Positions 15,101 through 28,395 of a stretch of DNA of 64,000 nt are shown here, in pieces (the first letter of the stretch is position 1; every line of letters starts with the position of its first letter). The translations under genes were made by a program, and so were the position numbers. This DNA comes from Lingula anatina (lineage: Eukaryota; Animalia; Brachiopoda). Below the pieces are notes generated by a model, which did not search any database, was not told the origin of the DNA, and saw only the letters and a list, made by a program, of their open reading frames with translations. The stretch spans positions 14,942,001-15,006,000 of the forward strand of contig CM120642.1 in the NCBI GenBank assembly GCA_051362555.1. Direction: 5' to 3'.

Positions 15101-16913
15101 TCACCTTCCCTTTTCAGGCCAGCCTGCCATTGTATCACTACCTCATTTTTACCAAGGTGACCAGTCTCTTGTCGATGCATTCGACGGCTTACATCCGACC
15201 AAAGACGTCCATCAAACATTCCTTGATGTAGAGCCTGTAAGTTTTAATTATTATAAATTATTATTATTATTTTAAATAGTGATTAAGCACACATAAAGCT
15301 TACTATCAGTATCTGGCATTACTTCCAGATTGTAATGAAAAAGGGTAACAATCCATCACTGTAAGTAAGTAATTGTTGTATTTATTTTAGTACACTGGTG
15401 CACTGTTGCGTGCTTCAAAGCGACTTCAGGTTAACATATGGCTACAAAAAATATCAAGGTTTACGTAAGTTCAATTCATCTTTTCAGTTTCTGATACCAC
15501 CAGAATACATGAATGTCTCTGTAAAGACAGATAATGTGTTGGATGCAGTTAAATATTTTTTTCAACATAACAAAATCTTAACTACATTTGCATGACTTTT
15601 TCAACCGTAAACACATAGTATACAAAATAGAAAAGTGAATTATGCAAATTGTTTATTTCATATTTTTAGGGAAACAGATCACCTGCCTGATTTTCTACCA
15701 TTCCCAGTAATGTGGTTGAATGAGGTTAGTTCTCATCAATTACATTAAAGATTATGAATGTTGTTGTTGGCAATTGATTAGTTGAAATATATTTAAACAG
15801 TTACTCTTTGAAAATAATAATTTTAGTAACTGTTCATATCTTACAAGATTAAAAGTATCCTTTAAGAGACTTTCAGCCATATCTTAAAGATTATGAATGT
15901 TGTTGTTGGCAATTGATTAGTTGAAATATTTTTAAACAGTTACTCTTTGAAAATAATAATTTTAGTAACTGTTCATATCTTGGACACACATTGTCAGATT
16001 TGTTTTCATAGCAAATGCTGAGTTTCATATTAAAGAGTCTTTTTATCCTGAATATCGTTTTTTCTTCACATCTTATTTTAGAAATCCACATGCTTCATTA
16101 AATATTTACCAGTTGGTTTTTTAATTCTTCTAGAGTGCCTTAGTTGAAGAATCTACAGCAGATGAGCTAAAAAGTCAGCTGTTAACAGTGATAAAAGTAT
16201 CCCAAGGTGGGGAATATGCAGTTATAGCTATAGGGTCCATTATGGTCCTAGTGGTGATATGCATCGCTATCTTTAGGTGTCAGAGACAGCGGGTAAGATT
16301 TCACAATGGGAGGAAACTACTGATTTGCAGCATATTTAGGATTATGCCTGATTTCAGGCTTTTCAGTCTTCATTTTAACCTTTTTTCATATAACCTATAT
16401 GTGATGAGAAATTGCAAACTACATTTTCAGTATTTTCAATTTTTTACAACCTTAACCCATGAATTACTCAAACTCAAAAATCCATTTATATGCATGTACA
16501 TTGTTTGTATTTTTCTCACTGGCTCATTGTGGTGTAAAGAAAAATGGTAATCGATTTTGATAGATTTCTACATTGTTTGTTAGACTGAAGACAGGCAGGT
16601 TTAAAGCAGTAAGCCAATGGATGTTTTGTAAAAAAAAATAATCAGTAATTGTAGTCACCCAGAAATATTGACACATTTTAGATATTTCATGTGTTAACAT
16701 TGACTTTTTATCTCTGTCCAAGGAGTAACAATAGTAGTAACATTCTCAAAGATAATGACACATTTTAGATATTCCATCTGTTAACATTGACTTTTTTCGC
16801 TGCCCTAGGATGACCAGCTTCTCCATAGTGTTAACACAGATGACAGGTCAGATTATGGAGCAGTTGGTTCTCGAGAGAACACATACAACAATGGACACAG
16901 CACTCAGATGTGA
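9150..16913 (+). CDS. SCARB2: CD36-family scavenger receptor class B, LIMP-2/SCARB2-like; 13 exons: 9150-9269, 10188-10348, 10847-10988, 11309-11524, 11756-11847, 12196-12245, 12501-12570, 14233-14414, 15118-15236, 15391-15464, 15670-15724, 16134-16292, 16809-16913
   Basis: N- and C-terminal TM helices; CD36-family motifs WVNPP..VYLQFWVF, EKGPYSYRE, LIWGYED, INGTDG, SLPHFYQGD, LDVEPYTG..KRLQVN, FPVMWLNE; tail carries DDQLL and YGAV sorting-type motifs; all splice phases are consistent. The gene symbol is a family-level best guess. Confidence 0.9.
13721..13890. mobile_element. 170-bp MITE with perfect 15-bp TIRs and a 5-bp TSD
   Basis: CAGGCCCGTAGCCAG ... CTGGCTACGGGCCTG, flanked by ATTCA on both sides (13716-13720, 13891-13895). 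Confidence 0.9.
15745..15981. repeat. Near-identical 98-bp direct duplication in SCARB intron 11
   Basis: 15745-15842 and 15884-15981 (TTAAAGATTATGAATGTTG...GTTCATATCTT); one mismatch seen. Confidence 0.9.
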
Positions 16914-18681
16914 CATTGGTGATGCAGATACTTGTTAATATATGGCTTTATTGGCACAAAAAATTGTACAGTTTCAACTGTTAGTAGTTTATAAGAGAAA
17001 AACAGTGAAAAGAAAAAAATGTGAAAAAAAATGAAACAATATTTTGTTTATTGCTCAGTTAACACACAGTATATCTTTCAAAAATCGCATCAGAACAAGG
17101 ATATCCTTCCATCTCATATTTGATTTTGAGATATTGATGCTGTGATAGTCAAAGGTATTTGATCCAAAAGAAGGCAGTGTGGACTGGTGACAAGTTTTCA
17201 CTGCTGTAATTCAAGGATAGGATGCTGCTGTGTTGCAAATCAATATTAAAGTTGTAATCAGTTGAATATTTTTACACCAGTCTGTTGTCTAAATCAGAGA
17301 CATTGTATTTGTTTTCATACAGTAAAAGTTGCAACTTAAAATTCCCCCACCTGTGATTTCTCTTACTGTTACTTTTTAGTAGACTAAAAGTTAAGATGCC
17401 TATAATATGTATGATCTCTTGTGAAATTAATACTGCTGTCTCATTTGGAGATATTTTTTAATTTGTCATTAATTCATTTACCAGATAATCAGGTAATTTT
17501 ACAGATTTTTTCAAACAAAATAGTTATAAAAATTTAACAACTTATCTAGAATCCCAATGCTCATGCAAAATAGATTATTGCTATGGTATGCATATCTGTG
17601 TCATTTATATTTGTACAACATGATTTAGTTTTTTCTTTTAATCTTTGCAATTTTTACTTTCACATGTCAGTAATGAAAATACATGTACTTAGTCTACTGT
17701 AGACTACATGTAGTAGACAAGGCATGAACATGGGTGGGTCTGGTATTGTGTTTACAGTATAACTGTATAGATATCAGCAAAGTATTTTTGTTTATAAAAT
17801 ATAGATTACAAAAAAAAGTCTTATGTATTTTGTAAGCACTGAACATTTAAGAATGCATTTTCAAGTGCTCTTAGAAAAAAAGTTGTATTAACAAAGATTT
17901 GATGATTATGCATTTTAGTAATCTTACCAGTATTTGCAGTCATTATCTTTGTATAGTGCAATTATAGTAATGTGCAAAAGTGAACAAAACTGAAGTGTTT
18001 GTATGTGTTTGAAATTTAACTATGTTAAAGAATACAGTTATTTTTTGGTCTAGGAAATGGGGCGAAGGAAAAATACAGTATGCAGAATAAGCATTTCCTT
18101 GATCAAAAATCTTCGGGATAGAACAAAGCAAGGACCAGTAATTTGGCATCCAGAAAAGGCCTGAGATTGTAGACTCTGAAAAGATACTGTTGATGTCTTC
18201 CTGTTAGTAGTGAGATATTTAATATACATTTTCAATTTAAATTTATTCCAGAACTTATTTATTAGTAGAAGCAAAGGAGAAATGAGTTTTCAAGATGCTA
18301 TATATACATTCTACAACAGTATATCATTTGATAGCATTTTGTAACCAGGATATTAAATAAATATGTTTGAAGTTTTTTCTTGCTATTTTGAGCGAATTAT
18401 TTTTTTATTCACAAAACAAATTGTCCCATTTCTAGTCTAAATTTTAGAAAACTGGAAAATACTTTGAAAGGCAACACCTTACTACCGAACTTTCTTTTTT
18501 TTTTACTTAAAAAAATATCGGTTTAGTTTGCGCAAAAAAAAGGTCTTAAAATGCATCACAGCTACACGAGTGAAGTTGACTGCATTTACACCTTTCGCCT
18601 TTATTGTTAACAATCCGGAGATTCTAATTCAACCATGCCTGGTGTGCTTCGAAGCTGTTCAAGGAGGTCTATATTTAGCAA

Positions 18682-18717
18682 CACGTGGGGATTCCGCCAG
18701 CATCGTCACGTGACGTC
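18682..18717. promoter_or_regulatory. E-box cluster upstream of NXT1: CACGTG, plus GTCACGTGAC overlapping TGACGTC
   Basis: CACGTG at 18682-18687; palindromic GTCACGTGAC at 18705-18714, just upstream of the ATG at 18724. Confidence 0.55.
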
Positions 18718-18723
18718 GGCAAA

Positions 18724-20209
18724 ATGGCGACCGATTTGCAGGTGAGCACGTCTTTGTGAATAACCCATTACTCTGACTTACTTCGATCAATTATTTGCTA
18801 TATTCATATATATAAGAGGAAGTTAAACTCGTGCATCTTACCACAGGACCAATTTATGTAATTTGAATCAAGATAACGTTTCCAGTAGATCATTGAATGA
18901 CTTGGAAAAGGAGACTACGAGGGAAATGTTGTTGAAGCAAGGGGGGGGGGGGGCATGGTTAAACACACTTTTAATGTACTTTTTATGTTGTGCTTGTTTT
19001 TCAAAAGGAAGCACTGTATATTGACATGTTCATGCATACAGTACATGTGAGTGACTAGAGCAAATCATTTTGTGTGAGTTGCTGGAGTCGTCCTCTACCT
19101 GTCTGTCCCACTCCCAACCCTCTCCCCTTCCAACCACATAATGCCCTCTCATCTCAAAATGTATAACACACGTTGCATATTAGGTACTCCGTACGTTTCA
19201 GATTGTATATTCTGCTGATAACTCCAAAATAAAGAAAATTTCATTCAAATTTATTTTTAAAAGAGGCACTAAAATAATTACTTGAAGCTCATAACAAAAA
19301 ACACAAAACCAAAATTTAGAATATATTTTATGCTTTACATGAATCCAGAAATAAAAGTAATGGGGTAGTGAAAAAATGGACAGAAGGGCCCCATTACTTT
19401 TATTTCTGGATTCATTTAAAGTATTAGAATATATTCTAAATTTTGGCTGAAAAATTAAAAATTTAGCTGGTAGATTTTCAGCTTTATATTTACCAGATAT
19501 ACCTGACAGCATGTGGTTGTTTTAATTTTCAGGATCCAAAGTTCCGGATAGATCAGGCCAGCCAAGCAGGTCAGGAGTTCGCCAAGCTCTACTATGAAAC
19601 GTTTGACAAAAGAAGGACGGTATGTGTGTTTTTGCAATGGATTTAAATGTAGTATCAGTATTTCCTTGTTTTGCCCTCATTACCTTTAGCTCTCTCTCTC
19701 TCTGTGTTTGTGTGTGTGTGTGTGTGTGTATGTGTGTATGTGTATTAATGGAAATTAAGATAGTGTGTCACATGCCCAGTCTGAACATTTGTCTCAAAAT
19801 AACTCTTTTTACAAATTACATAACTAACCTTATTGTGGGTTTCATCTTTTACGGGGCATATTATACTGTACAGTTATCATATATCTTCATCATACATTAT
19901 TTTCATCTCTCAATTTCTATTTTCTCTTAGAGTGCAATTTTCTTTCTTCCAGTTGCTGCCCAAACTGTACTTGGCCTCAGCTACTATGGTGTGGCAGGGG
20001 AACCCAGTTAGTGGGATGGATGCCATTGCCAAATTCCAGGAAAGCCTGCCTACTAGTGAGGTGTCCCTAGAATCAGTAGACTGCCAGCCTCTGCCAGGTA
20101 TAATCACAATTATTAAATTTTCATAGAGTAGGTTTGGATGATAAATGGTCTCATGGATATTGTTGAAGAATGATGGTGTAGATAGCTTTTTTCTTAAAAG
20201 TTGCCTGTG

Positions 20210-20245
<36 letters not shown>

Positions 20246-20493
20246 TCGGAAATGCCATCACTGATCTTTTAACTATCACAGTGATATTTATTTGTGTTTT
20301 TTATTGGCTTCCAGATAGCGTAACTCAAGGGCAGACCAGTATCCTAGTTTCCACATGTGGAGCTGTAACATTTCATGGAAATCCTATCAGAACTTTTACC
20401 CAGAGTTTTATGTTGACTGTTCACAAGACTGATGAAAGCAAGGCTATCAGTTGGAAAATAGCCAGTGACTGCTTTAGGTTACAGGATTCTTGA
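18724..20493 (+). CDS. NXT1: NTF2-related export protein (p15/NXT); exons 18724-18741, 19533-19619, 19953-20097, 20315-20493
   Basis: Spliced product MATDLQ-DPKFRIDQASQAGQEFAKLYYETFDKRRT-LLPKLYLASATMVWQGNPVSG...SVDCQP-...FTQSFML...WKIASDCFR carries NXT hallmark motifs; phases are consistent. Confidence 0.92.
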
Positions 20494-21243
20494 TGAGGAA
20501 TAAATAATGTTAAGTTCCAAATTTGTTGAGACAATTGAAAGCACTTGAATTGTCCAGAATTAAGTCATTTTGAGATATTCAGTGGACATTGAAAGTGGCA
20601 TGCACTTCTGACCGTTAGCTGTCATTTCTGTAAGGCTACTGGCTCATTTTTTTTTTTTTTTTTTTTTTTTTGCATCTGACCATAGAAAACATGCTGTTGA
20701 TATCTTTTACACGTTATTGTTCGACTTGCCAGCCTTGGTAAAGTCAGTAAAACTTCCCAGTAACTAAAATTTAATAGGTTTTATTTGAAAATAAAATAGG
20801 CCACAGCTACATGTATTAGCTCTTCAGAAGTTGCTTTAAGAGCTACTGTAGTTTCTCAATATTCCAAATTCCTAAAATGCAAAGGAATTAGTTGAGATTT
20901 TATGGGAACACGTTTTATTAGTTATCCAGAATGTATATTGAGGAACAAAAGAATGCAAGTGCAAAAAGGTAACAATAAAGGAATTTGCTATCATTGGCTC
21001 TGCTTAATATTCCATTTCAATTACACTAGTACTAGTAGTACATGTTCCTTCAATTGTAGAGATACATTATTATAATTACTGAAATTAAACAATCAAAATA
21101 AAGTAGTTAGTTCTATATTGGTATATTTGGATTTTTAGTTATTAGATTCTCAATCACAGTTTGTAACATATTTAGTATTTGTTTTTTAAATTGTATTATG
21201 CTAGATGGTGTACCGCCAGTCTTTCGTATGTTCAAGTGACATG

Positions 21244-21289
21244 TGATAAGCCTTTATCGCTCCAAAAAGATCTATAAATAGCGAGATAA
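21244..21289 (+). promoter_or_regulatory. TATA box and GATA-motif cluster upstream of SULT-A
   Basis: TGATAA at 21244, TTTATC at 21253, TATAAATA at 21273-21280, AGATAA at 21284; ATG at 21338. Confidence 0.45.
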
Positions 21290-21337
21290 CGTGAAGGTGA
21301 CTGGAACTTGTAAGCAGTAATTCGTTTAACGGCAGAC

Positions 21338-23130
21338 ATGACTACTGTGTGCGTTGAAGACGCTAATGGGGATGCCATGACTTTGGTAGAATGGGGAGGA
21401 GTATATTTCCCCGCGTTTCCCGGTATAGTCCCTCGGCTAAACGCCATTGGGACACTGGAGTTCAGACCTGACGACATACTGCTGTGCACATATCCTAAAT
21501 GCGGTAATGTTGCTTTTCAATAAGTAAATTAGTAATATTGATACCATACCATGTATACGGAGCGTGAGTGTATGTCTGTGTGCGTATACATTTAGCTATT
21601 AATTATTTACTGATTTTAAAGGTAGGGGACTACAAGTTTATGCGACCACAAAAAACCTCACGCGAGCCCAGACTGGGTTCCCATAGCTAGATCGATCTAA
21701 CAGGATCGATCCATCTCCAAGGGGAATCACACTGAATTGCATTCAATTCAAGTGGCTTAGCTGTCTGGCACGCCTACTGAAGCTGCGTAACGATAATTAA
21801 TTACCGCTTAGCAGCTTCAAGGCTTGACAGAAATCTAAGCCGCAATTTAGCGAGAACCCCCTCTGAGATAGATCAATCCACAGTGAGTACGATGGGGTCT
21901 GGGAATGGTCCCCTAGATTCAGGTCAACATCTGCTATGTAGAGCATTGATTTGATAAGCGTTATTACTTCCCTGGCCATTGCGTACTTGCTAGTGATAAT
22001 AAAGAGAGGGAAAACGAGAGAAAGACCAGCGGTTTACAATATTTAAATTTGCTGTGGAAAAATAAATAAATTCTACATAAATTACATCAATAAGCAGAGT
22101 TAGATAAGTAGAAAATCGGATGTAAATAAAACACATTGAACTAAAATGTGAAATAAATAAGCAGGCTTATGCTATTGTCTCACCGGTGCCACACTCGCTA
22201 GTTTGACATGGTTTCTGAACCACTCTCCTCCAAACCACTTGATTTCTCGCTCGATGTTATGTTACGTTACGTCGTAAATATTTTAGCTTTGTCGGATTAT
22301 CTCAATTTACCTGCTATCCCTGCATCATTTCAAACAAACTTGAGTCAATGGCACTGTTTGTCTAAGATTTTTGTCTCCATTATTTTGTTTTTGTTTAAAC
22401 TATGAGCCATGCCCTAAAGCTGTAGTGAATAAATAGTCTGCTTTGTAATTTAGTTTTGAGGTACCCCTTTTCAGTGTACAGTCCTGAAAGTCCAACAGCA
22501 AGATCAACGAGAATAGGACCTACTAGCTACTCATCCTAACGAAACAGCCTATCGGTGTGTGTCATATTTTCGCAAATATATATAATATCTGATTATTGTT
22601 TTTATTTTTTAAATATTAGCATCAGTATATTTGCAAACATATAAAACTTTGATACCCGACCATCTCAATGACGATTCTCAGTAATACAAAACAGTAAAAC
22701 TTTTAAGAACAACAGTATGCCTTGCTTCATTTCTAGGAACACAATGGTTAAATGGGATAGTCCAAATGCTCAAACAGAATGTAAGTGAACATTATGACGA
22801 AGTCAAGTATCTAGAAGCTTGTGACCAAGACGTCATAAACGACATGCCGTCACCAAGAATCTTGATTACACACATGCCGAAGAGATTGGTGCCACTGGAT
22901 GCATGGAAGAAGAACATCAAGGTTATCATTGTCAGCAGAAACCCAAAAGATGTGGCCGCGTCCTTCTGTGCCTTTAAAAACGCTTGTAAGCTGTATGAAT
23001 ACAGTGGGACTTGGGACGGATTTTTCCCGCTTTTCTTGGAAGGAAAAGGTAAAGAAAATATGGATTGTCAAACTATTTTTCGAAAAAAAGAAATAAACTG
23101 AAACAGATCTGATGTGATTGATATGCAGAT

Positions 23131-23161
<31 letters not shown>

Positions 23162-24205
23162 TGATAGTTGCGGGAAGTTCATGGTTTGAGTACACCAAAG
23201 AATGGTTTGAGGCAGCCAGGGGCAATCCTAACTGCTTGTTTCTGACCTACGAAGACATGAAAAAAGTAAGTTTACAACTGGAACATCAAATACTGGACTT
23301 TGAATTATCAATACCTATATGACAAAAATAAGTCCTATTTTAACCTGTATATGAGCGATATACATTAGGAATACACGTGAATCAAGACATAATGTTTGGG
23401 CTTTAACCCATATTAATTGGTAACAGTAAAGGTCTCCACTGGGCCAGAATAAACCTCTCTTGAAAAATGCACTATTCAGGCAATCGCTTGTCTGGCAACA
23501 GTATTCCATCTGCCAGCCTTCCGATGGACAGTCTGCGTTCTGCCCTCGGCAACCAGTTGCCGACGCAATTTAAAACGATTCAGAGCCCGTGTTATTTTTT
23601 GTCGGGTGAACAATATGTATTTTATCATGAAAGTTAAAACAGTCTTTTAAAGGGTTGCATTATTTCAAAGTATTCATCACTATAATTCGACAGCAGTTTC
23701 CTTTCAGTGTAAACTCGACAAATATGTACTTTTTTTCTAGGATTTGCTGTCGGAAATAAAGAAAATAAACCGGTTCCTTGAATATGAAAGAACCGATCAA
23801 TTCTTAGAAGAAGTGGCACAACAGTGCACCTTTGCCACCATGAAACGCGCAAAAGATGGCATAAAAAGAATCCAAGACATGTTTAAACCGGGAACATCAT
23901 TCTTCAGAAAAGGTTTTTATTTGCTTCATATATTTATTAAAGGAGAGAGAGAGAGAGAGATTGAAACCCCACCAATTATTTGATTCAGTTTTGTCAGTTG
24001 ATTTTTTGAAAGTATTCATGACCCATAGTTTCTTTTGTCAATAACTATAGAATATTTATTGTAAAAATGAAGTAATTTTTCTATTAATATCGAAAAAGTT
24101 TTTACTTTTAATATTTCGATTTCTTGCGGAACATCTTTATTAGGGAATGAGGCTATCCAGGTGAATAGCCTCTACTCAGGAGAGATTCTGCCCCTTCCCC
24201 CCCCC

Positions 24206-24239
<34 letters not shown>

Positions 24240-24531
24240 CGCACACACCCATTGTCTTAGGAAAGGGAGGTAGAGGCCAGGGAGGATGGCACCATCATTT
24301 CTGTTGAGAATGGCCCCTGTCTTCTTGATGTGGATGGCTTCCAGGCTTCCATGTAAATTTCTCTGGGTTCGGTCACTATCTCATGCTCTATCTACTGGTT
24401 CTATTTCAGGAGAAGTCGCAGACTGGAAGAACTGGTTTACAGTAGCGCAAAACGAACAGTTTGATGAACTATACAACCGAGAAATGGCCGATGCACCTCC
24501 GGAACTCAAGTCCAGAATAGTATTTGAATAA
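21338..24531 (+). CDS. Cytosolic sulfotransferase (SULT1-like) A; exons 21338-21503, 22737-23048, 23168-23265, 23741-23912, 24410-24531
   Basis: 5'-PSB loop TYPKCGT, catalytic His in ILITHMP, 3'-PB RNPKDVAAS, YEDMK, and C-terminal [18 protein letters not shown]. Confidence 0.93.
21671..21911. mobile_element. Fold-back MITE family A, copy 3 (SULT-A intron 1)
   Basis: GACTGGGTTCCC...GATAATTAATTACC...GGGAATGGTCC; same architecture as the 3437 and 5681 copies. Confidence 0.75.
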
Positions 24532-24765
24532 TACCCTTAAAATTTCTTGGCCTTTCTCACACAGCCAGTGGGGAAAGCTGACTTTATTTTTTTTAATAAT
24601 AAGGCATTACTTCCATGAAATTTTGTGAACAAATCTTCAAAGATAAATGTTTGTTTTTAACGTCTGGCTTTTGTGTTCGTCTATTTGCCCTAAAAATTCC
24701 CACAAAGCGAGAAATACCATAATTCATTTCTCCTTCGACGAATTCGTTATGCATATTATATATAC

Positions 24766-24960
24766 AAGTGGCAGATTTAGAGAGGAGGGTGTCAGGGGGT
24801 TCCTGACCCCTCCTTCGATTTCTTAAAAAAATCACACCAAAGGTCGACTCTTGAAATAAGAATTTTGACTAGCTGAATCATAGTTCTATACCGTACGAAA
24901 TGGCACCGTTCGCCCTCTAAAATACCAAATTTTCGGGGACCTTCAAGGGGGGGGGGGGTT
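24766..24960. mobile_element. Partial copy of the CAG(G/T)GGCGGAT-terminal MITE family B
   Basis: Starts CAAGTGGCAGATTTAG; internal GAATC..GTTCTA.ACCGTA..AAATGGCACCGTTCGCCCT..AAAATACCAAA is shared with 52081-52145. Right end approximate. Confidence 0.6.
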
Positions 24961-25853
24961 ACCATAAGTAATTTGCTCGTCAGAATCAAAATGGAATGAC
25001 GTAGAAGCTCCAGCAACTTTTTCCATTTTATTTGTTTATATCAGCTACAGATATTTGAGCTGTTTTATATTAATTTGGCTTTTAATTTGGAACCGCTTCC
25101 TATTCTGTGTTAATACAGCGGGTGAAATCCATTATTCTTATCCCCAACCTTGTTTGGGGTGCATGCTATCTACGTGATGTGAATAAGTCGTTTATATTTT
25201 TTAATAGTTAAAATAATTGATTCATATTAAATGTGTAATGTGGTGTGGTCTTTTTTAACCATAAAAGGTAGGGAGAAATTTTAAGCACCATAATAGCCTT
25301 TTAGAAAGGTTTATACCCTTATCCGAAAATGGAGATTACAGTAGAACAATTATTTTGTTCCTTAATGAGTGCCTTCACTGGAGTATAAAATCATTTTGTA
25401 GATGCTTGTAAGCAAATGTCAATTTGCTGACACGTTAACGGTCTTTGCTTTTGGTATAAAAGACATGCATCGTTTTATTTGGCACTAAATACGTTAGATA
25501 TACATGTAACCATAAGTGTTGTGCTCACCAGATGGAATTATGTAGAATCCCGAGCATCTTTTCCCTTTTATTTATTTAATGCGTTGTGAAGAAAATGTGT
25601 ATTAAGTGATTTTAGTCACTTGAAAATGATTGTTCTCTTTTATGTCTACATAAAGATGGGTACATCTGTACGACCATTTCAGATAAGTCATATTATTATT
25701 ATTATTGCTACAAACACGAGTAAATCTTGTGATTGAATCCCAATGCCAATAAACAAGAGATAAGAACCCTTATCACGAGGCAACAAGTCACTAAAAGGGA
25801 CGCTTAAATGGTACCTACCCTGCGAATTATCAAGTCCGCATTACTGATTTAAA

Positions 25854-27835
25854 ATGGCAGAAATTAGAGTAAAAGATGCTGGAGGCCATGGGTATAACGT
25901 GATAGAGTGGCAAGGGATGTATTACCCCCTTTTCCCTGGAATAGCCCCACGTTTGGAAGCCTTGGGCACGTTTGAATGTAGAAAGGATGACATTTTACTA
26001 TGGACGTACCCTAAATCAGGTAAGTATTACGGCCTAAAGGGCTGATGCATATGAAATTTGTAATGATGATGAATAATATGTATTTGTATGGTGTTTATGG
26101 CACAGGCCAGATTGAAATCAATGGAAATTCAAATTTGCCTAGGCAAAAATGAAATCAAAGTCAAAGTCAATTCTGAACAATAAACTTAATCGAATACGAC
26201 TTTTCATTAAAGCTGTCCAACACTGTTTCTAGGTACACGGTGGGCATATTCAATAGTAAGCATGATCAAAAACAACAGCACTGATGACAATAGCATGGAC
26301 TCGATATACCTTGAAAAACTCGACCAAGAGGTCTTTGCCAAAATGGCGTCTCCCAGGATCTTGGCAAGTCATCTGCCCAGGCACCTCCTACCGCCAGATG
26401 TGTGGAGAAAGCAGATCAAGGTCATCCTAGTTACCAGGAATCCCAAAGACGTGGCTGTGTCATTCTATAACTTCATGAAAGGCAAAAAGAATTTTGAATA
26501 CACTGGCCCATGGGAATCGTACTTTCCAATTTTCACACAAGGGAAAGGTAAGATGTGGAGTGAAATCGGTTAGGAATGGGCGCGCTTTGTGATCAGAAAA
26601 CACATAACACATACGACTTCAGATTGCACTTTGTAATTTTTTCTAAATGCCCAGTGAACCTTGGCGTATTTAATTTTGGGTGTCAATGAATTTAAAAACT
26701 ACGCTCTTCAATTATACATTCCAATACCTGGATGCTTCTCGGCAGTGTTTTGCGTGGTTAGACATTTTGAAGTCATTTTAAAATGAGCGCGAAAATAAAA
26801 ATAAAATATTTGGTCGTCATGTTTACAATTTTCATAACTATGGATATATGTTAAGTTAAAGAAGTGCATTTAATTCATTTTTAGTCCCTTACGGCTCCTG
26901 GTTTGACCATACCAAAAAGATGTGCAAGGGAGTGGACAGCATTCCCAACTGCTTATTTTTGACTTACGAAGAAATGCTTAAGGTATGCAGATGGCTATGT
27001 ATTCAGGTCTATGTGTGCTTAACACTTAATCGACAAATAATTCCTTCTGTTCTCAAGTGATGTCTAATATATCACGATGCACAATTAAAAAGTTATGTAA
27101 GCTTGCACCAGGGTCTTGCAACAGTAATTATCAGTAATATTAATGTAGTGGTAATGATTCTTCGGATTGCCGTCACAAAATACCACGCTGTTCTGCAGAT
27201 TTTAGAAATACTATTACAAATTATTTACAAATTCTTATATAGATACAGTCTCAGTAAATAACAAGTTATTGAAAATATTCGGATAATGGCTGCTTGCTTA
27301 ATGGCACTATTTTACAGGATTTACCAGCCGCTGTGAAAAAAGTCAATTCCTTTCTTGGATTTGAACGATCAGACGCATTTTTGGAGGAAGTAGCGCAGAA
27401 ATGTACATTTTCTTCGATGAAAAGATCCGAAGAAACTAGAGAACCGAATAAATTTATGAGAGAAGGCCACAGATTTTTTAGAAAAGGTTTGTGAATGCTC
27501 TTTTTGATTATCTGTGCATCTACTTGTCTGTTTATGGCTTTTCTTCTAGTTCTAAGTCCCCTGTTACCATTAAGAGTTCGTTTTGGCGCCAAGAGGAACA
27601 CTTATCTGAATGGAAGGGAATGAGCACTTAAAATATTATTAAATAATTCAGGAGTGATATCCTTTATATGTTGAAAGAAATAATATAGCAGCGACGCATT
27701 TCTTGTAATTCAGGTCAAGTTGCCGACTGGAAGAACTGGTTTACAGTGGCCCAGAATGAAGAGTTTGATAAGCTCTACCATGCCAAGATGGCGGATGCAC
27801 CTCCTGACCTCAAATCTAGAGTAGTTTTCGAATGA
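25854..27835 (+). CDS. Cytosolic sulfotransferase B; exons 25854-26019, 26233-26547, 26885-26982, 27318-27486, 27714-27835
   Basis: [41 protein letters not shown]; intact frame. Confidence 0.93.
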
Positions 27836-28395
27836 TCTTGAAAAAAGATATCATAAAAACAAACACTTTAATTCATAAAGTGCTCTAAAAGAAAACCGAG
27901 ATAGTTTAACAGGAGGAGAATGTAATAATGCACCAAACTTCGAATATAAATTTATCAAAAACTGACCACCATATTTCAACAAAATGCCAACATAAATTTT
28001 CCTTTTGTATGATATTGCCTTTTCATAAATAACTTGTATATTAATGCAATAAGGTATATGTGGCGTTGAATTAAAAATATAGGCCTTTATGCGAAACATG
28101 ACATTGCCGACATAGGTTGCCTTTTACCCCAGCAACTTTCTTCTTTTCTTTCTTTCTTTCTTTCTTTCTTTACTCTTTCTTTCTTTATTGCAATGTGAAG
28201 AAAATGTGAATTAATGAATTTCTGTCACTTTGAAAATGATGAATCACTTCGATGTCTAGATAAAAATGAAAAGGATCGATTCCGATAAGTTGCATTGATA
28301 TAGATTTTAACGCTAGTAAATCACGCGGAGACACCTTAATACCAATAAACAACAGATTAAGAACCCTTATCGGGTCAGTAAAGGGGACACTCAAA

